Positions 63,773 to 64,000 of a DNA stretch of 64,000 nt are shown here, piece after piece (position 1 is the stretch's first letter; each line of letters begins with the position of its first letter). A model generated the notes under the pieces. The model made no database searches. It worked only from the letters and a program-made list of their open reading frames with translations, and was not told where the DNA came from. The DNA lies in the NCBI GenBank assembly GCA_052327205.1, contig CM126215.1:70122001-70186000 (forward strand), given 5' to 3'. The DNA comes from Somniosus microcephalus (taxonomy: Eukaryota). The position numbers and the translations under genes are program-made.

Positions 63773-64000
63773 TGTCTTAATCCTCAACTAGCCTTTTTAA
63801 CTTGCTATGCACCCTGTAATCTCCTCTGTCCACCTTCTGCACACTTTGTTTTTACCTAGTCCATGGACAAACCTGTTATTCAGCTTTTTGTTAAACCTTT
63901 GCAGCAAATTTCACCCGCTCTATTGTACGTTTTTCAGTGCTAACTTTAATACAGATGAAACACCTAAAAATGCTTTGTTCATTACTGACAGGGAGGGAAT

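Noticed and set aside
63960-64000. TGACAG|GGAGGG as the OTC exon 4 acceptor
   Set aside because: The following codons do not give the expected GFALLGG sequence.

Overview
Vertebrate genomic DNA, most likely a cartilaginous fish (shark), judged from its repeat landscape (CR1, L2, Deu-type and other tRNA SINEs, Neptune Penelope-like elements, Harbinger, Mag-like Gypsy). Host genes: a probable RPGR exon 1 on the minus strand at ~1.6 kb, head-to-head with ornithine transcarbamylase (OTC), whose exons 1-3 (77, 139 and 82 coding nt, as in human) lie at 13.4, 26.7 and 27.6 kb. No exon 4 was found, so intron 3 appears to exceed 36 kb. Most of the rest is transposable elements, including a five-level nest at 37.6-54.9 kb. 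Top finding: a very young LTR element (46321-51208; identical 255-bp LTRs, GGAAC TSD) whose intact 945-aa ORF fuses Gag-protease to coiled-coil segments resembling host STK10/SLK and ANKRD24/UACA in place of RT-RNaseH-integrase. It sits inside a relative of its probable helper family. Also notable: palindromic Penelope insertions with hammerhead ribozymes in OTC intron 1, an unexplained ~780-bp foldback, and an OTC promoter with an AARE/C-EBP/FoxA motif cluster next to a Tx1 insertion. Protein and family assignments are from recall of the sequences, not from database searches.
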